A stretch of DNA of 63,058 nucleotides, filler included, from Folioceros fuciformis (taxonomy: Eukaryota): assembly GCA_049999805.1 (NCBI GenBank). It is 7 parts of 7 records of this genome, joined end to end, with 100 filler letters (N's around TTAATTAATTAA, not from the genome) between each part and the next. Parts side by side here need not be neighbours in the genome. Positions count along the whole stretch, not along the records: positions 1 to 11,561 come from JBNGIO010006475.1; positions 11,662 to 22,235 come from JBNGIO010006477.1; 5 more parts are not named here. The stretch is one strand, 5' to 3'. Both the position numbers and the translations under genes were made by a program. Numbering within the stretch: position 1 is the first letter of the stretch; each line of letters opens with the position of its first letter. The notes beneath the pieces are model-generated. The model worked only from the letters and a program-made list of their open reading frames with translations. It was not told where the DNA came from and did no database searches. Positions 1-12,223 of this stretch are shown here, one piece after another.

Positions 1-11
1 TGTTCAGCAAG

Positions 12-347
12 ATGCCGAGGAGAGGGCCATCAGCACGTGCGCCTAGAAGGAGGGTGTTTGTAGAAGGGGTACCAACCCCCACGTTGAGGACAGACTTCGT
101 GTGCCCAAGTTGTCAGGAAGGTAAGGATTCGCCTATCCCGAGGTCAAGACGCGCAGTCTCTCCCATCACCCTCAGGCGCAGTGCTAGCCCGGCTCCCAGA
201 ATCTGCAAACCCTCTTCGGATGTTCTGGACAGCCTTATGCTCAGCATCAAGCAATTGCATCTGACTTGCGAGACCCATCAGTGCGCTAGGCGTTCTCATA
301 TGGCTTCTCTTCAAGCAGCGCGCCGCCAGTCAGTGGTTGATTACTGA
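12..347 (+). CDS. ORF0, extra 111-aa basic protein upstream of gag (CPSC motif)
   Basis: Homologous to 42871-43296 (APRRRV.EG, RT.F.C.S, DVL..L...I.QL.L.C, ARRS) at the same position in the element. Confidence 0.7.
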   Translation: MPRRGPSARAPRRRVFVEGVPTPTLRTDFVCPSCQEGKDSPIPRSRRAVSPITLRRSASPAPRICKPSSDVLDSLMLSIKQLHLTCETHQCARRSHMASLQAARRQSVVDY

Positions 348-3300
348 CAAGCTTCTCAGTTCTCATGTCATGCCGCCCAGGAGACACCCGGCGGCTCCAT
401 CTGATGATGAATTTGATCTCGATGCTGGAGGTATAGTGCATCCCGACGAGGAGGAGACACCGTACCAAGCTGAAGACGAAGGGGCTGAGCAGCAGACTTA
501 CTACCAGCCTCCATCTGTCCAGCGAACACCTTTCAACTTTGATTTTGGCCTGAGTCGAGATCAAACAGGTGGTGCGCGTGAAGGACGACAACGGGAAGGA
601 TTTGGGCTATACAATTCCCGAAGGACCAGCCCTGAACAGCAGACAGAAGATCAGCCTGCGCAGCAGACACGCAGGGAACCCTTCATCTCGACTGGGTCAG
701 TTCGCACGACATCTGCCACTACTACTGCTGGTACTGTCGCTGCCTCAATCACATCCACTTCAACCATGGCAGCTCTTCCTCAACAACCCCTGAAGATTGA
801 GTTCAGGGATAAGGATCGTTTCAATGGGAACGACTACAACACTTGGTCACTGAGGTTGACACAGATGTTTGAGGAGCAAGAGCTTATGTCCGTGGTGGAT
901 GGGAGTGAGAGATGCCCTGCAGCTACAAACACCAATGCTGCCGACGTTCTCGACTGGAAACGAAAGGACAGGAGAGCACGTTCCATTCTCATTACCTCAC
1001 TGGATAGGAATATGATTCCTCACACTCTTGGTGCTAACACCTCTGCAGCTGTGTGGCATAGTTTCTCTCAGATTTACAAGGACAAGAGCAATGCTTCCCA
1101 AGTCTTTGCACACAGGGACTTTTATGGGCTGAGAATGAAGGACAGTGATTCTGTCGAGTCCTATATTAACCGCTTCAGAACTGCACGTGCAACTTTGGCA
1201 TATTGTGGTACTATTCTTACCGAAGAACAAGCGGGGACCAGTCTGCTGGCTTCGTTACCTCCAAGCTACAGCCACTTCATGAGCTCGCAGTTTGCCCGAG
1301 CATCGTCTGCAGCAGCTGGAGGTCAGCCTGCTATAACCTTGGATGAGTTGATTGGAGCCCTTCTAGCTGAGGAGCGATCCAAGGGTTTCCACAAAGGAGG
1401 CAAAGGAGATTCTCAGCAACACTCGAGAGTTTTATTTTCGGGTCGAGGCAGAGGTAGTTTCCGTGGACGTGGCCGTGGAGGACAAGGACGTGGTGGTTAC
1501 CCCACAGCCAAGCAACCGAACCTACAGAGGAAAATCTTCACCTGCAATTGGTGCAAGATCCCGGGTCATTTTGAGAAGGACTGTAGGAAGAAACGTGCTG
1601 GGGAACCCCGTAAGGAAGGCACTTCCCATGAGTCCAACTTGACCACTTCAAAAGCTACAAACTCGGCTAAGTCCCCTTCCATCCTCGCAGTCTGTCTATC
1701 TTCTGTTCATATTCAGGCAGATATGTGGTTCTTGGATTCAGGTGCCACTAGCCACATTTGTTATGATAGGAGAGCTTTCAGTAATTTCACGTCTACTCCT
1801 GACAGCCTGCAGTTTGTTTTGCTAGGGGACGACAGTGGTCTGGCCATCAAGGGTTCAGGTTCAGTCAGTATTGAGTTACCTAGTTCAGAGGTCATGACTC
1901 TGTCAGGTGTGCTTTTTGTTCCAGCAATGACCAAGAATCTTATGTCCGTCATGAAGTTAGCTGAGGAGCATTCTTGTAGGATTTGTTTTGACCACACTGG
2001 TTGCTCCATATCCCGTATACCTGGTTGGGATGACATCTTTTCTGGCACTCCCTTTAATGACCTGTACCTTTTGAATGTGCGGACTTTACCTAATCAGCCC
2101 ACTGTCAACGTTAGCCAGTCTCCGTCTCTGTCTCCTACGCAGTTGTGGCACTGTCGTCTTGGTCATGTCAACTTTCAGAAGCTTTCACGTTTGGTGAATA
2201 ACACAGTCTTCCGTGATCAGTTGTCCTTTCCTTTTGATAGCCATGCCTTTTGTGACTCCTGCCAGGTTAGTAAGGCAGTATCACAGCCCTTCCGAGATCA
2301 GAACCTGTCACGAGCCACATCCCTCTTGCATACAGTCCATAGTGATTTGTGTGGTCCCATGTCCACAGCGTCTTTTGGAGGTGCCCTTTATTTCCTTACC
2401 TTCATCGACGAATGGAGTCGTTATTGCACAGTTTATGTACTTCACAGCAAGGGAGACACCTTCAACTGCTTTCAAGACTACGTGGCCATGGCACAGCGAC
2501 AGACTGGTTGCAAGCTTAAGATATTTCGATCTGACAATGGAGGAGAGTATATCAGTCATGCCTTCTCCGAGTTTTGTTCGACAGAGGGAGTTATTCATCA
2601 ATTCACGGTCCCTTATACCCCTGCTCAGAACTCTTTTGCTGAACGCAAGAATAGAACACTCCAGGAGGCTGCCCTTTCTAGCTTGTCTTTTGCTGGTTTG
2701 ACTCGTGGATATTGGGCAGAGGCATTAGTGGCCGCCAACTATGTGCAGAATCGGCTCCCCACTAAGGAGCTCGGTCTCATCACACCTTACGAGAGGTGGA
2801 CAGGCAAGAAACCTCGTATCACTCATTTACGGATTTTTGGCAGCCCTGCATATGCCTTGGTTCCTTCCCAACTGCGCAGCAAGCTGGATCCCAAGGCCGT
2901 TCGCCGCATCTTTGTGGGTTATGCTGAAGACGTTAAGGGCTACAAACTCTTTGACCCGAGTACCCGTCAACTTTCCTATTCTCGTAGTGTCATCTTTCAT
3001 GAACATGCCTTGTTACGACGCCATGATAGTTTGCTAGCCCCCTCTTCTATTCTGCCCCCTGCCACCATCCAAGGAGTAGATGATGCCCTCGATTTTACCA
3101 CTGACCAGGATGCTGACGTTGCCATCTTTGATTTTGATGATATACCTGTAGGTCCTCCTACTTCAGCTTCACGGGGGCCACACATACAGTCACCTTCCAG
3201 CAGCAGTCACACAGACTATTCCCACAGTTCAGATGAGTTACCTCCACCTCGTGTTCTTGCTGATCCTGTGCCTGTTGTTGAACCTGCAATAGTAGACCCT

Positions 3301-5093
3301 CCTGTCGTAGACCCTCTTGTAGATACCTTGGTAGATACTCCTACTGTTACTGAGCAAGAACCTCCTCCTGTTGTTGTAGATGAGCCCTCTTCTCCAGTCC
3401 TTCGTAGATCTTCTCGTCCCGTCCTCCTAGGCGTGAATGGAAAGAACCTCCTTTTGCCGCAGGTGTAGCTTTCACACCCCCTAAACTCAACTTCAACACT
3501 CATGAGCCTTTGACCTACCTAGAAGCCACTTCTGGTCCGGAAGCAGATTTCTGGAAGGAGTCTATTCAATCTGAATATGACTCCCTCATCACCAATGGTA
3601 CTTGGAAGCTGGTTGATCTGCCTGAAGGACGGAAGCCAGTTTCCTGCAAGTGGGTCTTCAAGAAAAAGCTCAACACCGATGGGAGTGTGGGTCGTTACAA
3701 ATCTCGGCTTGTGGCAAAGGGTTACAGTCAGGTAGCTGGACTGGACTATAATGAGACGTTTGCTCCAGTGGTTAAATCCACATCTGTAAGGATACTGCTA
3801 TCTCTAGCTGCTCATTATGGTTTGCATGTTCATCAACTTGATGTGAAAACCGCTTTCCTTAATGGCACCTTAGAAGAAGAGATCTATATGCAGCAGCCTG
3901 AGGGTTTTGTGATAGACGAGCAGAAAGTATGCTTGTTACTTAAAACGTTATATGGTCTCAAACAATCAAGCCGAGCTTGGAATGAGACGTTTCATGCGTT
4001 GTTGATTGAGCTTGGATTTACCTGTTTGGATGCTGACAATACTGTATACATACTTTGGGATGGTGATGACTTTCTTATCCTGTCAGTTTATGTGGACGAC
4101 AATTTTCTCTTTAGCACTTCTCTTGGTTTGATGGCTAGGATTAAGAGTGCCCTTCTTTCACATTTTGATATGACTGATTTAGGGCAGCTCAGTTTTTCCT
4201 TGGGTGTCCAGTTCCAGTTCTCCGAGGACAGACACACTGTCGAGCTTCATCAGGAGCATTTTGTGACGCAGCTACTTCAGCGTTTCAATATGGGAGAGGC
4301 TCGACCAGTTTCAACTCCTATGTCCACCAGTAAGAAGTTATCAAAGGAGGACTGTCCCACTACTCAGGAAGAGAAGGATTTGATGGCTACTCGTCCCTAC
4401 AGGCAGGCAGTAGGTAGTCTTTTGTATTTAGCAGCCTGGACTAGGCTTGATATTTCAAGGGCAGTTAGTAATGTTTCGCAGTTCTTAGAAAATCCGGGTG
4501 AGGTGCATTGGTCAGCTGTGAAGAGGATATTCCGGTATCTTAAGGGCACGCCCCGTCTTGGTTTGAAGTATACTAAGCAACCTGCTGGTTTGGAGCTTGT
4601 TAGCTATTGTGACGCTGATTGGGCAGGTGACCCTGATTCACGACGAAGCATAGCAGCCTATTGCAATATTTTGGAAGGAGCAGTGGTATCGTGGTCGAGT
4701 AAGAAGCTAACGACCATCTGCTTATCCTCTACTGAAGCAGAGTACGGAGCTCTATCCCAGGCTGCTCGTGAAGTCATATGGATCCGCTCTTTTCTTCGAG
4801 GCCTTCAGCAACTTCCAACAGGAGCTACAAGATTATGGTGTGATAATCAGTCGGCCATTGCCCTTACGAAAAATCCAGTTTTTCATGCCCGTTCTAAGCA
4901 CATTGAAATCACTCACCATTTTATCAGGCAAGCCTATGATACAGGTGAGGTGGATGTAAGGTATGTGCCCACTGGAGACAATGTAGCTGATGTTTTGACT
5001 AAGTCCTTGCCTAAACTGCTGCACTCTAAGCATGTAACTGCAGCGGGACTTAGCCAAATCTCTCCCACTCAAAAGCTAGGAACTGCCCACTAG
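337..5093 (+). CDS. Copia gag-pol with one -1 frameshift at ~3419 (ORFs 337-3468 and 3510-5093; likely start ATG 370, MPPRR)
   Basis: Motifs CNWCKIPGHFEKDC, FLDSGAT, HCRLGH..CDSC, HSDLCGP/SDNGGEY/AERKN, YVDD, DADWAG. After SSR the shifted frame reads RPPRREWKEPPFAAG, matching RPPRHAWSEPPFVAG in A2. Confidence 0.93.
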
Positions 5094-5942
5094 TCTGCTA
5101 TTTTCTGGACAGCATGCTGATAAATTGATGTGGTACCCCTGGTCCTTAATTTTCTTCTTCAGAGTCTGCAGCAGCTCATGCGACTTCTTCAGCTCGTCCA
5201 GGAGTGCTGCAAGTTTGTAGACAACAAGGTCAGGCATGTCAGTTCATAGCATGGACCAGAAGTCAGCAGATCACTAGAGGACAGGTGGATGAAGAAGTCA
5301 CGCACATGTAAGCACTTGTCCTTCTTCGTCAGGGTCGTCGTATCTTCTCCTTTTGCCTTTCACGCTAGCAGAGGGAGCTCCAGCATTTTTCCCAAGTACT
5401 TTGGTAGCCCGCATGAGAATAACCTGATCCTCTTTGCTCAATTTTTCTTTGTCACCTGCCTTGCATGTCAAGCGATATGTGTAATAGTAGTCCAGCTCAT
5501 CTTCCTCCTTGGGCATAGCTCTTAACATTGCAGCTTGGTATTCACTCTTGGACATTCTGCCCTCGAAGGATACCTGGTGAGGTGTGTCATATGGTTGAAC
5601 CTTCTCACCCACTGGAGTCCACCTTTTGAGGTCAACCTTGTTGTAATCCTTCTGAGCTTGCTGTTCAGCTGTCTTGGGTGCGTCCATACTTGTGGCTGGA
5701 TGATCACATATTGTTTGATGAAGCATCCACTGCCTAGGAGTATATTTGGGGGCACGAGCCCATTCTCTGCCGTAGTGAATGCATTCCAGGCCACTCGGGA
5801 CAACCTCACATTTCTTTTCCATCAGTAGATAGCAGTGTTTGTAGCTCAGCAGCCAGAATGCTATGATGCTGATTGCGAACCAAGCCAAGAGGAGAGCAGC
5901 AGCGAGGTTGCAGAGTTCGAAGACTGAACACTGGAGCACCAT
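5076..5942 (-). CDS. Antisense two-exon gene of A1 (exon 1 5942-5306, intron 5305-5207, exon 2 5206-5076; 255 aa): TM helix, C2HC-like finger, C-terminal helix
   Basis: Hydrophobic LAAALLLAWFAISIIAFWLL. Donor T|GTGCGT, CTGAC branch-like site, acceptor TTGCAG|. Exon 2 SLLDELKKSHELLQTLKKKIKDQGYH is conserved in A2. Confidence 0.72.
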
Positions 5943-6184
5943 TGCCTTATAGCGGGGAGAGCAGCGTAACAAGCTGGAATTCAGGAGGACAGCGTGAGCT
6001 GTGAGCTGGATGAGTGCAAGGACTGAGCTTGAGCGTGCGTTGAGGACACGGGATGTGGGCGCAACAACTTAGCCCGTATCCCATTCAAGTGTTTTGTTGG
6101 AGTTCTTGTCTGTACATGAACCCGTTCTAGGGGTTTTATATTCTTCACATACTTTTATATCTGTTCATTGTAACCAAGAGGGAG

Positions 6185-6390
6185 TAATGAAATAGATGTG
6201 TCACCTAAAGTTAAGTTGACTAGATATTAGTGGTTTTATGAACAGTTATAACCACCTACAAATGCTTTGTATATATGTAGAATTTCCCGTGAACAATAAT
6301 AACCGTTTTTTATTCTTCTCTTCCTTGTCCTTGCTTAGCATCGCCGCTTCACACACCTGCTCGTGCCCCTCGCGATCATGAATCGCATTT
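6185..6390 (+). repeat. 3' LTR of A1 (starts TAATG; end approximate)
   Basis: Follows the PPT directly. Its 3' part (GCTCGTGCCCCT...GCATT) matches the A2 LTR. Confidence 0.8.
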
Positions 6391-6442
6391 ATAAGTTCCA
6401 GGCTTCATGGAGACTTGCATGCTCCCACTTGCTAGGCTAGGT

Positions 6443-9400
6443 TTATGTAGGTTGAGAATCTGGACAGCCTTCATGGCTGCCCATACCAAGGCTTTTCATG
6501 TGCCTTTTGTGTATGTCCCTGCTGAGGGACTTAGTAAAGATGTCCGCTGGGTTGTCTGCAATTGGTACATACTCAAGAGCAATCTGGTCTGATTTAACAA
6601 GATCCCTGATGAAATGGTACTCCACTTCCACGTGTTTTTTACGAGAATGAAATACTGGATTCTGTGCCAAGTTCATTGATCCTTGGTTGTCAGTTTTGAT
6701 GGTTGTGCAGGTTGGGAGAGGTTGCCCAAGCTCCTTAAACACCAGCTTACACCAGGCAATCTCCTTAGCAGCAGCGGTAAGGACTCGATACTCAGCTTCT
6801 GTGCTTGAGGTAGCTACGGTAGGTTGTTTCTTGCTGGACCAGCAAATAGGTCCTCTAGCAACCATAACTACATAACCAGATACTGACCTACATGTATCAG
6901 TGTCACCAGCGTAGTCAGAATACGTAAAAACATCCAGCTCAAGATGTGAACCAGGTATGTATCTGAAGTTGAGTCCAACATCTGACGTTCCTTTCAAATA
7001 CCTAACAACTCTTTTAACCCCTGTCTAGTGCAACTGTCCAGGGTTCTCAAGGTACTGAGAAAGTACACTGGTGGCATAGGCAACATCAGGTCGTGTTGTT
7101 TTGGCTGCGTAAATAAGTTTGCCCACACCCTTCCTATAAGGGACTGANNNNNNNNNNNNNNNNNNNNNNNNNNNNNNNNNNNNNNNNNNNNNNNNNNNNN
7201 NNNNNNNNNNNNNNNNNNNNNNNNNNNNNNNNNNNNNNNNNNNNNNNCTCCAACAAGTACCGAGGCTGGGTGAGAGATATAGATTTGTTTTTCCTGTCTC
7301 TCTTGATGAGAACTCCTAGGCAGCTTTGAAGAGCTCCAAGGTTTGTCATTTCAAACTTGGTAGCTAACAACTTGTTGATTTCTGTGATGAATGTAGGGCT
7401 GTTGCAGGACAGAATCAAATCATCAACATAAACTGCAAGGTAGCAAACAATATCTCCAGATCGGTAAATATATAAGCTGCTGTCTGAAATACACTTGATG
7501 AAACCCAACGCGTGCAGCTCTTCATCAAGGACTGCATTCCACTCAAGGGCTGATTGCTTCAGCCCATACAGTGTCTTCTTAAGAAGTAAGACATGATCCT
7601 CTTTACCTTTGACTTCATATCCTGTGGGTTGTTGCATGTAGATATTTGTATCTAGTTTCCCATGTTAAAACGCTGTTTTCACATCAAACATGTCTAACTC
7701 ATAATCATGATATGCTGCCAGGGCACAGATAATCCGAAAGGTGGCAAGCTTCATGACTAGAGCATATGTCTCAAAGTAATCAAGCCCAGGCACTTGTGAA
7801 AAACCATGAGCAACAAGTCGTGCTTTGTATCTATCAAAAGAGCCATCAGCTTTTACCTTGAGCTTGAAAACCCATTTGCAGGATACAACCTTCCGTCCAG
7901 GAGGTAATTTAGCGAGTTCCCATGTTCCATTCTTTATCAAAGAGTCATATTCTGATTGTATAGCCTTTTTCCACTTAGCAACATCAGGACGGCTAAGAGC
8001 TTCTTCATAGGACTGAGGTTCAAGGGGATCCAGAAGAGTAGCTTCATTAGCTGTTGGTTTTCTAAAGTCCTGTGATTGGTAGTAATCAGGAGCTTGTCTA
8101 TCTCTTGTAGGATAACAGCGAGCAGGTGGTAAAGGCTAGATAGGCTGCAAAGGCTGATCAAATTCACCTTCTACATCACTGTCTGGAGGATCAGCAGCAT
8201 CAGCAACTGCATCCTCATCAGAATTTGGAATGGGATCGGGTGGATCAGGTAAAATGTCGGGTGGATAAATAGGATTGACAGCATCAGGAGGAGGTTGCTG
8301 CTGCAAGTTAGCAGGAACATCTAATTCCTCTCCAAGATTGTCTAACACTGGTTCATGCTGTTCTTCCCCCCCTACAGGAGCAACCTCCTCAGGAGCATTG
8401 TCAGGAAAAATGGTAACAGCAGGCAACAAAGAGAAATCAGTGTCCCACTGAGACCCCCCCTCAGTAGGAACAACTCCCACTGGCTGCCAAAAGTGAGCTT
8501 CATCAAAGGTCACGCTGCGGGCATATATAACTTTATTATGAGTTACGTTTTATAGCTTATAAGCTTTAATACCTTCAGTATACCCAAGCATAAGAAGCTT
8601 GAGAGCCTTAGCAGCTAACTTAGATTGTTTGGCTGTTGGAATGAAAGCATAGGCAATACAACCAAAGGTTCGAAGATGAAGAATGGCTGGCTTCCGACCA
8701 TAGAAGGCTTCATATGGAGTCTGTCCAGGGACAGCAGTTGTAGGCAACCTGTTGCGGAGATACACAGCTGTCATAAGGGCTTCAGCCCAATAGGATAAAG
8801 GCATTGAAGCTTGATGGAGCATGGAGGAAACCATCTCCTGCAGAGTCAAATTAAGGCGCTCAACAACACCATTTTGTTGAGGTGTGTACACAACTGTGAG
8901 TTGTCTGCCAATGCCTTCTTCTCTACAAAATGTCTAAACTCATTGGAGATGAATTCTGCACCATTATCAGAATGGAGTGTCTCGAGCGGCTTGCCAGTGC
9001 ACCGTTCTACAAGTTTCAGGTAATCCTTAAACAGAGAAAAACATTCATGCTTAGCCTTCAAGATGTAAGCCATAACAAATCTGGTTTTGTCATCTGTGAA
9101 GGTAAGGAAATAGCGGCCTCCTCCAATTGAAGGCTGAGACAGAGGCCCACATATGTCAGTGTGCACAAGTTCAAGAACATCATAGGCTCTATGAGGTGTC
9201 TTGTTCTTGAAGGCTGCCTGGTGGCGTTTAGATATGACACACGCCTCACATAAGGGTAAGGGCGGCAAGCTGCCAATTTTTCCATCACTGTATAGGTCAC
9301 TAACAGCAAGTTTCTGCAACTTAGAGTTGTGAGGATGACCTAATCTGTTGTGCCATAACATGGCTTTAGTTTCCTGCTCAACGACTATTTTAGATGAAGC

Positions 9401-10800
9401 AAGAGTTGCTTTAACATCACTGATGTGAGTATGTAACATGAACAGGTCACTATCTGAAGAACCATATGCTAAGACCTTGCGATGATCAAAAGCATCAATG
9501 ATTCTACATTCTGTTGGGGTAAACAGGATGTGTGTGTTGTTGTCCTGATCAAGTTTCCTGACAGAAATGAGGTTTATTGTCATCTCAGGAACATGATACA
9601 CATTTGTAAGCAAGAGTGTAACGCCAGGAAGTCTAACTGTTCCAATACGTGGGCACACAAGTTTGCTATCATCACCCAGGTGAACAAAACGATTTGTTAC
9701 TGGTTTATATGTGATGAAAGCATTTCTATCTAGGCATATGTGCGCAGTAGCACCTGTATCAAGGAACCACTCCTGCAGAGGCTTTCCTTGAGTACTCATA
9801 AATAGACAAGTGGGATTGACAAGGGGAGAAGTGAACTTCCTGGTGCCAACAGTAAGGGCTAACGGTGAGCCATGCTTTGTAACAACATGTGTTTGAGAAG
9901 TGGAGTTGCTCTCCTTGCGAGGTACTCCGGCCATCTTCTTCCGACACTCATTTTCCCAGTGGCCTGGAATTTGGCACCAATGGCACTTTCCAGCCTTTTT
10001 GGGTTTCTTCAGTGTAGAGGCTCCCTGTGAGCCACTAGCACTTGAGGTATTCTGTCTACCTCTGAAATTCGGCTTTTTGTTTTTGCCTTTGTTGTTGTTG
10101 ATATACAAAGCTTGCTGCTTACCAGGACATTTGAATTGTCCTCTTGTTGCTTCTTCTTGAAGAAGAGCTCCAACAAATTTTGAGAATGTGGTCTTGGGAA
10201 GGTCTACTCCAGCAGCTTTGGCTATCTTCCGCCCTTGCAACTGTGAAGTGTTGTAGGAGGTAACAAAATGTTGCCATGACTCTGGGAGGCTCATCATAAA
10301 GTGTAAGATAAGTGATGAATCCTTAACACTTTCCTGTGAAGCACTTTCGAGTTTAGAAACAAGAGATCTGAAAACAATTAAATGTCTTTCAATAGATTCT
10401 TCTTCTTTCATTCGCAAAGTCTGTATGTTACGAAGAGCTGTCAGCTGAGTTGTGTCATCTGTGCTTGCATACAGGTCCTGAAGCCGAGACCAAATCTCAA
10501 AGGAAGTGCGGCAACCACATGTTTGCCTCAGCATGTCAGTTGTGAGTCCACTCCGAATCAAGTATTGTGCAGCTTCATCCTTGATTGTCCAGGCTTCCTG
10601 TGATTTCCTTTCTGCAGTGGTGGATGGAGTTCCAGCAGGTATAGTGGCTGGGAACTTTTCATCACCGTTTGCCCATTTCCACAGCTGTTTATTTTGCAGT
10701 GCCCCTTGCATTCTGATGACCCAGATATCATAATCTGACCCCCCAAACCTATCCTTCTCCCTAAACCCTCATCGGCTAGATTAGTGTGTGGATCACCCAT
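6443..10800 (-). pseudogene. Degenerate copia gag-pol, element B (several stops/frameshifts, gap 7148-7247)
   Basis: Motifs CHWCQIPGHWENEC, FLDTGAT, HNRLGH..CEAC, HTDICGP, YVDD, SDYAGD, spread over ORFs 8846-10711, 8550-8891, 7665-7940, 7134-7637 and 6443-6997. Confidence 0.92.
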
Positions 10801-10925
10801 GTTAGGAACAAAACACTAATCAGTCTGTCTGACCTAATCAATGCAAGTCAACAGAAATTGGGATAAAGGAAGAACTAAGATGCAACAAGTGCATCAGATG
10901 TGGGCTGCAAGCTACAACCTACAAA

Positions 10926-11468
10926 TCAAAGAGGTAAGACCGGCGCAAACTGTTGGTTAGCCATTTGTAAGTTGACCATTTGCTTATTAGTAATATGCAT
11001 TATGTTTTGATCCCTAATCTCCCAGCGATTAAAAGCGTAAGTTGAACATGATGGACATGAATTTGGATGATCAAACTTATAATGCTTGTTAGATTTACCT
11101 GCTGGCTTACATGCTGTTCCTTTAATTGCAGGGTTAGCAAGAAGGGCAGGTTTAAGTAAGGCAAGCAATTTAAAATCCAAATGTCCAATATGCTCAAGCA
11201 AACTTCGTAAGTCTACAACAATTGCAGCAAGTTTCTGGCTTATATACTGAAAACGCCTATCAACGTACTGCTGATGTGTTTCTAACCTCGAAGCTAACTG
11301 TGTAACACTGGTGTGTGGTGCAACGTTTGTGGTTAGAAACCCCCTAGGGTTGCCATTGCCATCAAAATCACGCTGAACACGAATTTCTGGAAGATTATTA
11401 GGATTCCTTGGTGGAAGGGCAAACGCCAGGTGTTGCTGTTCAGAAAAATAAAATAAAAAATGCTTCAA
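10926..11468 (-). CDS. ORF0 of element B (heptad-like helix followed by CPSC)
   Basis: 180-codon open frame on the gag strand directly upstream of gag. Start codon uncertain. Confidence 0.5.
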   Translation of the reverse strand: MKHFLFYFSEQQHLAFALPPRNPNNLPEIRVQRDFDGNGNPRGFLTTNVAPHTSVTQLASRLETHQQYVDRRFQYISQKLAAIVVDLRSLLEHIGHLDFKLLALLKPALLANPAIKGTACKPAGKSNKHYKFDHPNSCPSCSTYAFNRWEIRDQNIMHITNKQMVNLQMANQQFAPVLPL

Positions 11469-11561
11469 TAAGAGTGTTGAAGGATTCCTGAACTTCCAGC
11501 ACCATTACTGGTTGATTGCGGGTGCGCGCAGTCCATTCTGTTATTTGTTGATGGAGCCGCT

Positions 11562-11661
11562 NNNNNNNNNNNNNNNNNNNNNNNNNNNNNNNNNNNNNNN
11601 NNNNNTTAATTAATTAANNNNNNNNNNNNNNNNNNNNNNNNNNNNNNNNNNNNNNNNNNNN
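11562..11661. other. Artificial contig linker N44-TTAATTAATTAA-N44 (also 22236-22335, 42670-42769, 49059-49158, 53863-53962, 60743-60842)
   Basis: The same 100-nt spacer with stops in all six frames occurs six times. Confidence 0.97.
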
Positions 11662-11773
11662 ACTCCCTCTTAAGCTGGACAGGCTTAATGACGCGGGATG
11701 AGCACATGCGAGACTTTATGCCCAACAACCGAACTCGAGAATAGAAGGACACGACTGCAAAACGTGGCTAGCT

Positions 11774-12223
11774 ATGGCAGTCCGGATCGACGCTGCCCTC
11801 GCTTATATCCTGGCAGCCCTCTTTGCAATCACACATCTTTCGATCGTTGTTGTCACAAAGATGCAAGGCGGGCAGCTGTATGCGAGCAAGGCGAGCAGTA
11901 GCAGCAAACGGAGAGCCAGGAGGAAGACGGAGAGCAGATCTGAATCCAGCTGTCAGTCCAGTGCCCAAGAGCCTGAGATCGTGATTGAGGGGGACGAGCA
12001 TCGCTTGAGTCTTGGGCAGTACCTCACCATCATGGGGTACCGAGTCGAGTTGAACATCTCCATGAGCTGGAAGAGCCCAGCATCAACTGTTGAAGATGGG
12101 GCGGGCGAACTCCCGCCATGGACGGAGGAGGAGATAGAGCGGGAAGCTGGCCTGGTCGCGTGCCTCAGGGAGGCTGTGAAACTCCTGGCCCAGCTCAAGG
12201 AAGACGGCGAATATGGAAGTTGA
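11774..12223 (+). CDS. Antisense ORF of C1 (149 aa): N-terminal TM helix, Ser/Arg-rich linker, conserved C-terminal domain
   Basis: Hydrophobic AALAYILAALFAITHLSIVVV. GQYLTIMGYRVELNISM and GLVACLREAVKLL match ORF 25001-25405. Lies between pol and the PPT. Confidence 0.68.
   Translation: MAVRIDAALAYILAALFAITHLSIVVVTKMQGGQLYASKASSSSKRRARRKTESRSESSCQSSAQEPEIVIEGDEHRLSLGQYLTIMGYRVELNISMSWKSPASTVEDGAGELPPWTEEEIEREAGLVACLREAVKLLAQLKEDGEYGS

Larger units (their letters stand above)
1..6390 (+). mobile_element. Ty1/copia LTR retrotransposon A1 (5' LTR outside window): ORF0, gag-pol, antisense gene, PPT, 3' LTR
   Basis: Domain order is gag, CCHC knuckle, protease, integrase, RT, RNase H. PPT AAGAGGGAG at 6176-6184. 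Colinear with the complete relative at 42770-49058. Confidence 0.95.

Noticed and set aside
3415-3510. Programmed frameshift between INT and RT in A1
   Set aside because: The close relative A2 is open across this point. A 1-nt deletion or sequencing error is the simpler explanation.
569-5072. Many 60-160 aa ORFs overlapping gag-pol (here and in the other elements)
   Set aside because: Shadow frames of the polyprotein with no motifs or cross-copy conservation.
5207-5305. Readthrough rather than splicing to reach antisense exon 2
   Set aside because: There are four in-frame stops in the A1 interval, and most of it is not conserved with A2.
5298-5972. Calling the 3' ORFs env genes
   Set aside because: They are antisense, short and N-terminally anchored, unlike sense env-like ORFs. 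No fusion-protein features are visible.
11562-11661. TTAATTAATTAA between N runs as a biological repeat or array
   Set aside because: Artificial contig linker. Adjacency across it is meaningless, and ORFs spanning N runs are artefacts.
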